A stretch of DNA of 64,000 bases, from contig CM059425.1 of assembly GCA_030390025.1 (NCBI GenBank), positions 177,074,001 to 177,138,000 on the forward strand, given 5' to 3'. Below are positions 15,004 to 26,084 of this stretch, piece by piece. Under the pieces are notes generated by a model. It saw nothing but the letters and a program-made list of their open reading frames with translations. It was not told the origin of the DNA and did no database searches. A program made the position numbers and the translations under genes. The stretch comes from Squalus acanthias. Lineage: Eukaryota. Positions within the stretch are counted from its first letter, which is position 1; each line of letters starts with the position of its first letter.

Positions 15004-15081
15004 ATTTAATCAACTTTGAAAAACTTCACACTCAAACTTTTTGGACGAACTCGGAACTAAGGATCCAGGGAATCACCCATC

Positions 15082-18000
15082 ATGGAAAACATCCTTAAAC
15101 CATCGCGTCTTGACTTGGACCCAAACACCCCAGCAGCCGGTAAGGTGTGGAAACACTGGTATCGCACGTTTGACAATTTTCTCGAATATTGCAAGGCTGA
15201 TGATGACACAAAGTTGCGGATACTCATCAACTGTGTCACTCCGAATGTATTTCAGTATGTTGAGGAATGGGGTAGTTACGAGGAGGCAATTCGGACGCTT
15301 AAAAGACTATATACTAAGACACCGAATGAGGTCTATGCCAGACATCTACTAGCTACAGCCCAACAAGGGCCGGAGGAATCCATTGATAAATTCCTCCAAG
15401 AGCTTCGCAGACTTAGTATGGACTGTAACTTTCAGGCGGCCTCAGCTGAGCTGTACCGTGAAGAAATGATCCGTGATGCTTTCATCTGCGGGCTTGCCTC
15501 CCCATTTATACGCCAGCGTCTACTGGAAAGTAAGACACTTGAGCTTCAGAGAGCTTATGACATGGCTTGCTCTAGAGATCTGGCAAAAAGAAATGCAGAC
15601 CTTTATACAGTGCCCAGACCTCGGTCTGCTGCCTTAACTACAGTCAGGCAATTTAAGAGGCCACAGGTGAACTCTATTAGGGAGGTCTTTATCCCTGACG
15701 ATCAATCTGATGACTTCACTGATGAAGAGGATGATGACCCCACTGTGGCAGCCTCTTGGCAATCTAAGAAATGCTTCTTTTGTGGTGATGAGTTTCACCC
15801 TCGGAAATTCTGCCCTGCTCGCAATGCGTTTTGCAGTCATTGCAACAAAAAGGGTCATTTTGCAAAGGTTTGCCTATCAAGAGCCTCTACGAGGGCTTAT
15901 CAAGCTAAGTCCTACCGAACTGCCCCGGTAAGGGCCTATCAAGATGTTCCGGCTAAAATCTATCGTGCTTCCTCTCGGGTTTTCTCTCGAAGAAACACAC
16001 CTAGAGTTTCAGCCACTCTTTGTGCAACGACACCAATTACAGCTGCTTGTCCTCAGAACCTATTCCATGCAGCTACAAAAGCATCAATTAATGGACATAC
16101 TTTAGATGCCTTAATTGACTCAGGTAGCACTGATAGTTTCATTAGGGAACAGATTGTTGCAGAGTTAAAGCTACATGTTTTCCCATCGGACCAGGCAATT
16201 GCGATGGCTCAGTCATCACTTAATACCAGAATTTCTGGCTTTTGTATGGTTGAAATAACACTTAATGGTCGCAGGTATCCCTCCACCCGGCTTTCGGTGC
16301 TCAAGGACTTATGTAGTGATCTTATCTTAGGGCTGGATTTTCAAAAGCAGCATAAGAAGCTCACCATTGAGTTCGGCGGATCCAAACCTGAACTCACTAT
16401 TTCTAATATACGACCTCGATTACCGTTCTGTGCATTGTCAGCAGCTTCACTGGATGAACCCTCACTGTTTACCAGTATCCCTCCTCGATGCAAACCGATT
16501 ATAACAAAGTCACGACGTTTCAGTCAGGAAGACCAGTCTTTTATTGCGGCTGAGATTTCTCGGCTTTTAGCAGAGGATATCATCGAGCCTTGTTCGTCGC
16601 CATGGCGCGCCCAGGTCGTTATTGTTAAGAACCCTCTACAACCTCACAAGAAACGGCTGTGCATTGACTATTCACAGACCATCAATCAATATACGGACTT
16701 GGACGCATACCCATTGCCGCGCATCGATGATATGGTTAATAAACTGGCTGAGTACACGGTGTTCTCAACATATGATCTGAAAAGTGCCTATCATCAGGTA
16801 CCCTTGAAGGTCTCAGACAAGCAGTATACGGCCTTTGAAGCCAATGGACGGCTGTATCAATTTCGTCGCCTCCCCTTTGGGGTCACTAATGGAGTGGCTG
16901 TCTTCCAGCGAGCAATGGATGACCTGGTCAAACAGGAAGACTTGAAGGATACGTTTCCTTATCTGGACAATATTACTGTCGCAGGTCGCAATCAGCGGGA
17001 ACATGACGCCAATCTCCAACGATTTTGGGATGCACTCCAGCACCGTAATTTGACATTAAATGCGGCTAAATCCATTGAGTCACAACCAACCATCAACATC
17101 CTTGGCTATTGTGTGGGCAATGGCATCATTAAACCTGACCCTGAAAGGCTTCGCCCACTCCAAGAGCTCCCGCCACCTAAGAATCCGGCCTCCTTGCGCC
17201 GGGCCCTCGGCCTGTTTGCATACTATGCTAAATGGATTCCTAACTTCTCGGACCGAATCCAACCTCTACTGAAGGCCAGCACATTCCCACTAGACACAGC
17301 GGCTGTTGCAGCCTTTAACCTCCTGAAAAAACAGTTGGAGAAAGCGGCTCTTCACTCCATCGATGAGAGTCTTCCTTTTGTTGTTGAGTGTGATGCCTCG
17401 GAGGTGGCGATCTCGGCCACTCTGAATCAGGAAGGTCGTCCGGTGGCATTTTTGTCCAGGACTTTTCAAGGGGCTGAGCTACATTATCCTCCAGTCGAGA
17501 AAGAAGCTACAGCCATCATAGAGGCAGTACGGAAGTGGACTCATCTCCTAGCTCGCCAGCACTTTACCTTAATCACGGACCAGCGATCGGTCGCCTTCAT
17601 GCTCGATAATCGAAAACGGACCAAAATTAAAAATAATAAAATCCAGCTTTGGCGGCTGGAATTGGCCTCTTTTGGTTACACCATCCACTATCGACCTGGC
17701 AAGGAGAATGTGGCTCCGGATACCCTCACACGAGCATTCTGCTCCGCCATGGCACCCTCTACGCTCGTAGACATCCATGATGGGTTGTGTCATCCAGGCG
17801 TTACTCGCATGCTGCACTTCGTGCGGTCCCGAAATCTCCCATTCTCTACCGGGGATGTAAAGAAGATGTGCTCAGACTGCAGAGTCTGTGCGGAATTGAA
17901 ACCTCAGTTTTTCCGCCCCTCGGGTGGTATACTCATACATGCGACCCAGCCAATGCAACGGCTTAGCATCGATTTTAAGGGGCCGTTGCCCTCTTCAACT

Positions 18001-18672
18001 CGCAACACTTATCTATTGACCATGGTCGATGAGTATTCCCGTTTTCCGTTTGCCTTTCCCTGCCCCAATATGCTGACGACCACGGTTATCAGCTGCCTTG
18101 AGCAGGTATTTGCTTTCTGTGGCATGGCATCCTATGTTCATTCGGATCGGGGCCCTTCTTTTATGTCAGGAGAACTCAAGGCCTATCTCTCGGAACGGGG
18201 TATTGCTGCCAGCAGAACGACACCTTATCATCCGGTCGGGAATGGGCAAGTCGAGCGTTTTAACGCTATCATCTGGAATGCGGTACGTCTGGCTTTGAGA
18301 TCTCGGGGCCTACCCAACCAGCAATGGGAAGCAGTACTTCCAGACGCATTACACTCCACACGGTCCCTCCTTTCGACCGCCACAAATACGACGCCTCATG
18401 AACGGTTCTTCCGATTTCAGCGTCGCTCATCCTATGGGATATCTCTCCCGTCGTGGCTGACTGCACCGGGACCAGTGCTACTCCGAAGATATGTCCGGGC
18501 GTCTAAGAATGACCCCCTGGTAGATGAGGTTGAGCTCACTGACGTCAACCCTACCTACGCCTATATTCGGTATCCTGACGGTCGGGAATCTACTGTGTCA
18601 TTGCGGGATCTGGCTCCCTGCCCACCGAAACATAGAGGGACACCAGGGGATGATATTGTACCAGGCACATAG
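15082..18672 (+). CDS. Gag-Pol polyprotein (gag-PR-RT-RNaseH-IN), C-terminus truncated by a SINE insertion
   Basis: 1196-aa ORF. Zinc knuckles CFFCGDEFHPRKFC and CSHCNKKGHFAKVC; protease LIDSGS; RT RLCIDY/DLKSAYHQ/LPFG/YLDN; RNase H ECDAS...TDQ; integrase HHCC plus D(SIDFKG), D(HSDRG), E(QVERFN). Gypsy domain order. The frame resumes at 19107-19472 beyond the SINE. Confidence 0.96.
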   Translation: MENILKPSRLDLDPNTPAAGKVWKHWYRTFDNFLEYCKADDDTKLRILINCVTPNVFQYVEEWGSYEEAIRTLKRLYTKTPNEVYARHLLATAQQGPEESIDKFLQELRRLSMDCNFQAASAELYREEMIRDAFICGLASPFIRQRLLESKTLELQRAYDMACSRDLAKRNADLYTVPRPRSAALTTVRQFKRPQVNSIREVFIPDDQSDDFTDEEDDDPTVAASWQSKKCFFCGDEFHPRKFCPARNAFCSHCNKKGHFAKVCLSRASTRAYQAKSYRTAPVRAYQDVPAKIYRASSRVFSRRNTPRVSATLCATTPITAACPQNLFHAATKASINGHTLDALIDSGSTDSFIREQIVAELKLHVFPSDQAIAMAQSSLNTRISGFCMVEITLNGRRYPSTRLSVLKDLCSDLILGLDFQKQHKKLTIEFGGSKPELTISNIRPRLPFCALSAASLDEPSLFTSIPPRCKPIITKSRRFSQEDQSFIAAEISRLLAEDIIEPCSSPWRAQVVIVKNPLQPHKKRLCIDYSQTINQYTDLDAYPLPRIDDMVNKLAEYTVFSTYDLKSAYHQVPLKVSDKQYTAFEANGRLYQFRRLPFGVTNGVAVFQRAMDDLVKQEDLKDTFPYLDNITVAGRNQREHDANLQRFWDALQHRNLTLNAAKSIESQPTINILGYCVGNGIIKPDPERLRPLQELPPPKNPASLRRALGLFAYYAKWIPNFSDRIQPLLKASTFPLDTAAVAAFNLLKKQLEKAALHSIDESLPFVVECDASEVAISATLNQEGRPVAFLSRTFQGAELHYPPVEKEATAIIEAVRKWTHLLARQHFTLITDQRSVAFMLDNRKRTKIKNNKIQLWRLELASFGYTIHYRPGKENVAPDTLTRAFCSAMAPSTLVDIHDGLCHPGVTRMLHFVRSRNLPFSTGDVKKMCSDCRVCAELKPQFFRPSGGILIHATQPMQRLSIDFKGPLPSSTRNTYLLTMVDEYSRFPFAFPCPNMLTTTVISCLEQVFAFCGMASYVHSDRGPSFMSGELKAYLSERGIAASRTTPYHPVGNGQVERFNAIIWNAVRLALRSRGLPNQQWEAVLPDALHSTRSLLSTATNTTPHERFFRFQRRSSYGISLPSWLTAPGPVLLRRYVRASKNDPLVDEVELTDVNPTYAYIRYPDGRESTVSLRDLAPCPPKHRGTPGDDIVPGT

Positions 18673-19108
18673 AAACATAGAAACATAGAATCTAGGAGCA
18701 GGAGTAGGCCATTCGGCCCGTCGAGCCTGCTCCGCCATTCAATACGATCATGGCTGATCATCCAAATCCAGTACCCTGTCCCTGCTTTAATCCCCACAGT
18801 ACACATATCCTACCCTACCCTACCCCCGTAACCCCACGTATTTAATTCCCCCTAACATATCCCATCCTATCCCCATAACCCCACATATTTAATCCCCCCT
18901 AACACTAAGGGTCAATTTATCATAGCCAAATCAACCTAACCCACACATTTTTGGACTGTGGGAGGAAACCGGAGCACCCGGAGGAAACCCACGCAGACAC
19001 GGGGAGAATGTGCAAACTCCACACAGACAGTCACCCGAGGTCAGATTCGAACCCGGGTCTCTGGCGCTGTGAGGCACCAGTGCTAACCACTATGCCACCG
19101 TGTTGCCC
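18666..19108 (-). mobile_element. Young HE1-like tRNA-derived V-SINE inserted in the Gypsy element
   Basis: Minus strand starts GGGCAACACGGTGGCATAGTGG (A box)...GGTTCGAATC (B box). V-domain GGAGTTTGCACATTCTCCCCGTGTCTGCGTGGG; CR1-like 3' end with (TTTCTATG)n tail; CCAGG duplicated at both junctions. Confidence 0.9.
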
Positions 19109-19494
19109 AGGTTCGCCAGGTGCCTCTCATCACGATCTGGATCTGACGCCGGCTGGTACCTCACTCCAGCGTGCCGACCTGGGGCAGACTGACTATGAGC
19201 CCGTCGGGGCTCGCACGCGCAGCCACGATCCACCCCGTACCATACGCTCGGAAACGGATCTGCCACAGCCCTGCCCGACACCCGTTCGGGCACCAGTACA
19301 CAGTCAGGATCGTCCTGACCCCTCACAGAGCGGGCTGGATCACTCGGACTCTGGTCCACGGCCCGCGGCGGGTAAACGGGCTAGGGGCCCTCTACCGCTA
19401 CGAGAACCCAAACGGGTGCGGCTCTCCCTCGTCCGGCGGCTACGAAATGGAGGGAGCATCCCGGCCTCCTAATCTTTTGGGGGGGGGGGGAGAA

Positions 19495-19688
19495 TGTGGT
19501 AACACAATACAGCTTCCTGTGACTCGAACTTTATTGCATCACTTCCTGTGATTAGTCCAGGATAAATACTGGACTGAGCAGTTGGATCCTGGAGAGGCAT
19601 AGAGTAAGACCTTTTTTGTATGTAGCACCTTTTTAGTTGATTAAAGCTTACTTTAAGTTCACCACGCGTAAGGCTCATTCTTACGACA
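19495..19688 (+). repeat. 3' LTR
   Basis: Direct repeat of 14810-15003, preceded by the polypurine tract G12AGAA (19479-19494). Confidence 0.97.
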
Positions 19689-20950
19689 CAGACTGCATAA
19701 ATTCTCAATTTATATTGGCTGCAATTCAAGGTCTTTGCTATTCTTAAAATGGAAATTAAAATACAATCATCATACACTCTACAAATTATTACTGCTGGCA
19801 TAAGGAAACAGTTATAGTGTTAATATGCACATTAAAATGTAACATTCAGAAAGTTAAATGGGACACAGTAGAATCTTTACCCCACACAATGGATCAGCAG
19901 ATAAACAGAAGGTGCAGCGTTGCATCGAGACACAGCGCATAAAATTGTCAGTAGTATCCTGATCAATGCTAAGGCAGATGATCTCAGCCGAGGTGCACAG
20001 GGCATGTGTAGAACTGGCCTCAATGCCCAACATCACTAAAATAGGACAGAGAGGGAAAAATATTCAGGGCTGCCACTTCTGATCACTATCCAGTGTTCCT
20101 GCTGGGAGTATACATGTAGATATCAGGCCATGACAGAATCTGCTTTGATGGCCCATGATTAAATAACCCAATTCCATTTACTGTCCAACAAAATAGTAAA
20201 CATACTCACACTTGGGCGATATAACAGAAGGCCATTGCCACCAGTGGAAATATATCCCAGGGTAATCACCTTTCAGATAAACGAGGCAAGGAGAGAAAGA
20301 GGACTTGATACAGAATCAGTATACTGCAATCATTTTTGGGAACTTTTTTTTAAAAAAAAGGACATTTGATTAAAAATGGCTGAATTGTCAGACTGTAATA
20401 TTTAAAAAAATTCAAATTATCCAGTCATTCAAAATAAGCAACATAAACAGCCAAGTGGGACTATAGTGCTCAAAAAAACTTCGACTATCAGATAATTTGA
20501 ATTAAACAACTTTGAATTAGTAGAATGCACACAATCATAAGCAAACTTATTTACCCATCATTTTTACCATCTAAAATAGATGAAATATTAAGATCTTGTA
20601 GACCAGAGGAAACAGGTTCCGGCCAAGTCTTTGCCGAGTTCGCTAAACATTAACAGAAGATGGTTTTCATTTTGGCTGCAACACGCTTTGGAGTCATGCA
20701 GCCTACCAACATTCACTGTCTAAGCCGACACATAATGTGTGACTACTTGGACAATGAGCCCCAGGACTGTCGTCGTTCATGGAACCATAATTCAACAAGA
20801 ATCAACAATTCAGGAGACGGGAGAAAAGTGGCATTTTAAAACAAAAACTGCTTCACTGCTTCTAAAAGTATGCTTTTTCATGTCAGTATAAATCACTGAA
20901 AGAGTAGTTGAACTTAAAAATACATGAAGCATTGAAAACAAAAAGTTAAT

Positions 20951-21699
20951 GGCCCGTATTTTCCGATCGCAGGCCTCCCGCGGGCAGAGGCCTGCGATCT
21001 GGAAAAATCTGCGCCCTTACCCGAGGGCTCCTGGGACGCGCAGTTCCAATGCTGAGCCTCACCAAACTCCAAGTGTGCAGGGCCCACGTATCCCAGAGGC
21101 GCAGGTAGTTCGCAGCGTCCCTGGGAACACGTGGGCCATGGAGAGCCAATCACAGAAGAGAATCTCCCTTCATACATTTGACAGGAAGACCTGTCAAATA
21201 TATGAATGGAGATCAATGAAAAAATAGTAAAACTTCAAATAAATTTTTAAAAAATCACATTTTTAAAATGACTTGAAATTACAATAAATTAAAGTATTTT
21301 AAACAAAAATTTAACTTTTGAAAAAAATTAAAATATTTTATGGGGCTAAAAATAAACTTACCTTTTTTTAAAAAGTATTTTTAAATGATAAATCAGTGAA
21401 ATATTTTTTTATTTTTTTTTTAAACTTTTTTCTACTCTTATCCTGGTAAAAGCAGGCCTTACGCCTGCTTTTACCAGGCGTAAGAATTGTAAGGGTTTTC
21501 TGTGGGCGGAGGGTCTCCAAAAAGCAGAACTATCCGCCCGCAGAGGCCCTTCTCCAGGGCAGCCGGAGGATCTGTCAAGAGGATTCTAGACAGATCAGAA
21601 ATGCCGGTTTTCTGCGGATGCCTGAAACCGGCATTTCCGATGTCCCTACGGGTGGGTGCACGGCGCGTACCCACCCGTAGGGATCGGAATATCCGGCCC
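20951..21699. mobile_element. Harbinger-type MITE
   Basis: TIRs GGCCCGTATTTTCCGATC / GATCGGAATATCCGGCCC (15/18); flanks AAT/ATT; CpG-rich ends and AT-rich core. Confidence 0.8.
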
Positions 21700-21813
21700 A
21701 TTATGTTCTGCAGCAAAGGAACACGCAGGTTCTACGACTGCTTACTTTATGACCACTTTAAATTTATGGGACCGAGAACATTGAATTTAAAATGACAGCT
21801 ACTCTCTTATTAT

Positions 21814-22596
21814 GGCCCCGAATTTGCGGTTGGGATGACGGCGAACTGGCAGCGTTCGCTGACATTTCACCTTTGAAACTGACCGCAACTTCGGGATTTG
21901 GCACATCCGCAGGCTCATGCGGAAATCTGGAAGTTGCGGTCGATCAATGACACCTCCGAAACAGGCTATGCTGTGCCCCCCCCCACACAGAGCCAGCAAT
22001 CAGTGAAATCTCGTAAATCATTGAAACTGACGAAAACTTCGGCTCTTCCGCAGTAATTATGCTGTTAAATTCCCCACTAAAAGTTAGACCCAAAGGGATC
22101 AGGTATAACTGGGGTTTTAACAGCCTATTGACTGCAACACAAAGGTTATGGCTCTGAAAACCTAATTCTAATTTTGTGCAGTGTGAAATTATCTATTTTA
22201 ATAAAAATTAAAATTTAAGAAACTTTTCAAAAAAATGTTTCTTTTTTTTTAAAGTTTGTCCATCTTTATTTCAGGTTTACCTTTCCCCATGTGAGAACCC
22301 CAATCTTTCTTTTGCTCTCTAACTATTTTAAAAAGTTAGAATTTTATGGGCTTACTCTCTTTCTTGTTCGCTGGCTGAGAATTCTGCCTTTTGATTGGCT
22401 GCTTAGACCGCCCGTTGACGTCACAGCAGCTCAAACAAGGGGATCTCCATCAAGTTCCATTGAATTGAATTGAATTGAATTGAAGGTCGGAAAATGCAAA
22501 CTTCTTGACACAGGGATTCCGAGATCCTTGTGCAGAGCGTACTTCGGGGCCAGCAGCGAAGACCTTGGATTTGCTACTGACCGCAAATTCCGGGCC
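21814..22596. mobile_element. Harbinger-type MITE (family shared with 46224-46973)
   Basis: TIRs GGCCCCGAATTTGCGGT / ACCGCAAATTCCGGGCC; colinear similarity to 46224-46973. Confidence 0.85.
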
Positions 22597-22844
22597 AATA
22601 TATTGCTATAAACCCTAAACAGAAGTAATTTTTTTTTAAAAAAACCTTAAGTATTTTCCTGGGATTAATAAGTATAAAATGTATTCAGCAGAATCTGAAA
22701 AATAACTCATCAATTAAATAGTAAAATATTTATATTTGAATTCAACTGTAATGCAGTAGGTTCTACATGTGTAATTTAGCTTTTCAAAAAAGGAGGAAAT
22801 CTGTTTAACTATCTGGTGTCATAACTCATTCATTGGTAACAGGC

Positions 22845-24537
22845 CAGTTCTTCACAAAGGCGGACACAAATAACCTCCCAGAGGGGTCGGGGAACATAGG
22901 GTCTAATGAGGGAGGAACGGAATGAAATCAGTATTTGTAGGGAAATGGTGTTAGGGAAATTGACGGGATTGAAGGCCGATAAATCCCCAGGGCCTGATAA
23001 TCTACATCCCAGTGTACTTAAGGAAGTGGCCCTAGAAATAGTAGATGCATTGCTGGTCATCTTCCAAAATTCTATAGACTCTGGAACAGTTCCCATGGAT
23101 TGGAGGGTAGCTAATGTAACCCCACTATTTAAAAAAGGTGGTAGAGAGAAAACGGGGAATTATAGCCTGACATTGGTAGTGGGGAAAATGCTAGAGTCCA
23201 TTATAAAAGATGTAATAGCAGAGCACTTGGAAAACAGTGACAGGATTGGACAAAGTCAACATGGATTTACAAAAGGTAAATCATGCTTGACTAATCTACT
23301 GGAATTTTTTGAGGATGTAACTGGTAGAATTGATAAGGGAGAACCAGTGGATGTGGTGTATTTGGACTTTCAGAAGGCTTTCGACAAGGTCCCGCATAAG
23401 AGATTAGCATGCAAAGTTAAAGAACATGGGATCGGGAGTAAGGTACTGACTTGGATAGAGAACTGGTTGGCAGACAGGAAGCAAAGAGTTGGAATAAACT
23501 GGTCTTTTTCCGAGTGGCAGGCAGTGACTAGTGGGGTACCGCAGGGATCGGTGCTCGGACCCCAGCTATTCACAATATATATTAATGATTTAGACGAGGG
23601 AACTAGATGTAATATCTCCAAGTTTGCAGACGACACAAAGCTGGGTGGGCGAGTGTGCTGTGAGGAGGATGCAGAGAAACTCCAGTATGATTTGGACAGG
23701 TTGGGTGAGTGGGCAAATGCATGGCAGATGCAGTATAATGTGGATAAATGTGAGGTTATTCACTTTGGTGGCAAAAACAGGAAGGCAGATTATCTGAACA
23801 GCAATAGATTGGGAAAAGGGGAAGTGCAACGAGACCTGGGTGTCCTTGTGCACCAGTCGCTGAAGGTAAGCATGCAGGTGCAGCAGGCGGTTAAGAAGGC
23901 AAATGGTATGTTGGCCTTCATAGCGAGAGGATTAGAGAGTACAGGAGTATGGATGTCTTGCTGCAGTTGTACAGGGCCTTGGTAAGACCACACCTTGAGT
24001 ACTGTGTGCAGTTTTGGTCGCCTTATCTGAGGAAGGATGTTCTTGCCATGGAGGGAGTGCAGCGAAGATTCACCACACTGATACCTGGGATGGCGTATGA
24101 AGAGATTGGGTCGATTGGGCTTATACTCGCTGGAATTTAGAAGAATGAGAGGGGATCTCATTGAAACTTCTAAAATTCTAACAGGACTAGACAGACTAGA
24201 TGCAGGAAGGATGTTCCCGATGGCGGGGGAGTCCAGAACCAGGGGTCACAGTCTAAGGATAAGGGGTAAGCCATTTAGGACTGAGATGAGGAGGAATTTC
24301 TTCACCCAGAGAGTGGTGAACCTGTGGCATTCTCTACCACAGAAGGCAGTTGAGGCCAAATCATTAAATATATTCAAGAAGGAGTTAGATATAGTTCTTA
24401 AGGCTAAAGGGATCAAGGGATATGGGGAGAAAGCAGGGACAGGGTACTGAATTTGGATGATCAGCCATGATCTCACTGAATGCTGGAGCAGGCTTGAAGG
24501 GCCGAATGGCCTACTCCTGCTCCTATCTTCTATGTTT
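22845..24537 (+). mobile_element. 5'-truncated, relatively young CR1 LINE
   Basis: 359-aa RT ORF ([39 protein letters not shown]), then frameshifted C-terminus and 3' tail. Confidence 0.95.
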
Positions 24538-24544
24538 CACAGGA

Positions 24545-25640
24545 AACAACTTGCATTTATGTAGCAGTCCTCATGTATCAAAATGCTTTACATTAAGGAA
24601 GGCAAAACAGGAAGTGAAGTGAAAAGAGGAAACTGGAGAGGGCAAGGGATACGGACAAAAGGCAAAGTGTTTTAAGAAGGTTTTTGAAAGCAGGGAGGGC
24701 AATGGCAAGGCAGAGGTAACTGGGTAAGGAGTTCCAGAGAGCAGGAGCACAGTTGTTGAATGAGCAGGGCACAGGAAGAAGCCAAATGTTAATGGAGAAG
24801 AGGTGTATACATGAACAAAAGCCAGAGGGAGATTACTAAGGTAGGGTGGGGCGGGGCAACATCATCAAGGGACTGAAAGTGAGGATGAGAATTCTGAAGT
24901 CAACTCATTGGAGCAAAGGAAGCCAGTGAAGCTAGGAGAGGACATAGGGGATGAGAAACAGCGTGCGCAAGAGGCAGCAATTTTTTGAAGTTTGAGTGTT
25001 TTTGTGAGAAGGCCTGCTGGGAGAGTGTTAAAGAAGTCAAGCCTCAAGGTGATGAAGGCATGAACTAGGCTTTCAGCAGCAGAGGGGGAAAGGTAGAAGT
25101 AATCTTGCACAGGTCTTGGTAACAGAGCCGATGTGAGGGAGAAAGCTGAGCTCCAGGCCAAGACTGCACACCTCCCAACTTGACTCAAGTTGCCACCCAG
25201 GGAAGTTGATTCAGTCAAGGTTAGAGGCACGTAGGTGCTGATGGGAACCAAAAGAATGGCTTTAGTTTTGCTAACACTAAGCGAGAGGAAATTTTCACTC
25301 ATCCAGGTCTTGATGTCAGGCAGGCAAGTTGGATTGATGGAGGAGTAGGAGGAGCTGGGTGTCATCAGCACCAATGTTCCCTGTAAGCAGCGCAGTGCTC
25401 TAGGGGTCCCGCACAGCCGGCTTTTAAAGAAAAATCTGCGCATGCACAGTATGGGGCCACGTGGCCTGAAAAAACAGGGAATACGGATTGGCACACGTAG
25501 GGATTAACCTTATCGTCCCAGATTATTTCACTGAGGGGGAAGCATGTAAATGGCGAAGAAGAGGGGACCAAGGATAGATACCTAGAGTATACTGGAGGTG
25601 ACAAGGCAGAGAAGGAGAAGCGGTTGGTGGCACCATAATG
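24545..25640 (-). mobile_element. Old L2-like LINE fragment with a small GC-rich insert (~25371-25490)
   Basis: CLPDIKTWMSENFLSLSVSKTKAIL...AESLVHAFITLRLD. Confidence 0.7.
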
Positions 25641-26084
25641 CTCGATTGTAAGGAATTGTGTGTCAGGGCCACCGTTTACAGTGACTGAATAAATTAAATT
25701 CTGTTTTTGTTGCATTGAATTTTACAGAATTTTCAAATATTACTTTGGGAATCATATTGCATGATTTCATTTACTTCTTTGTGAAAACCATCAGTAGATT
25801 TACTCATAATACTTTACAAACTTTTCCTCCTGATGTATTGTGATTGTCATGGATTTATTTAACCTAGACTAATATCTCAAAATGAAAGGGCAATCGGCAG
25901 TTGCACCACAGAACTTCACTTTTTAATATTCTGGCAAACAGGCTAGAACTTTCGTCCCAAATATGGTAGGCAACAACTTGCATTTATATAGTGCCTTTAA
26001 GGCATGGGGAGAACAGAAGCTAAAGGTGGAGAGATTAGGCGGGGTGATCAAAGAGGTGGGTTTTAAGGAAGGTCTGAAAAGGTG

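Larger units (their letters stand above)
14810..19688 (+). mobile_element. Full-length, very young Ty3/Gypsy LTR retrotransposon (Mag-like gag with two CCHC knuckles)
   Basis: TG...CA LTRs at 14810-15003 and 19495-19688 (194 bp, one mismatch C14928/T19613). 5-bp TSD CAGAC (14805-14809, 19689-19693). G-rich PPT just before the 3' LTR. Single gag-pol ORF. Confidence 0.97.

Noticed and set aside
19030..19108. tRNA gene
   Set aside because: The A/B boxes are the head of a SINE, followed by the V-domain and LINE tail. The same applies at ~28810-28886 and to the Deu-like SINE heads.
18951..19472. 173-aa ORF as a separate env or accessory gene of the Gypsy element
   Set aside because: Its N-terminal part is antisense SINE sequence (the same peptide appears at 28729); the rest is the displaced gag-pol tail.
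25371..25490. Small hAT-like MITE (CCAATGTTCCCTGT...ACAGGGAA) in an L2
   Set aside because: The right TIR is interrupted and no convincing TSD is visible; too weak to call separately.
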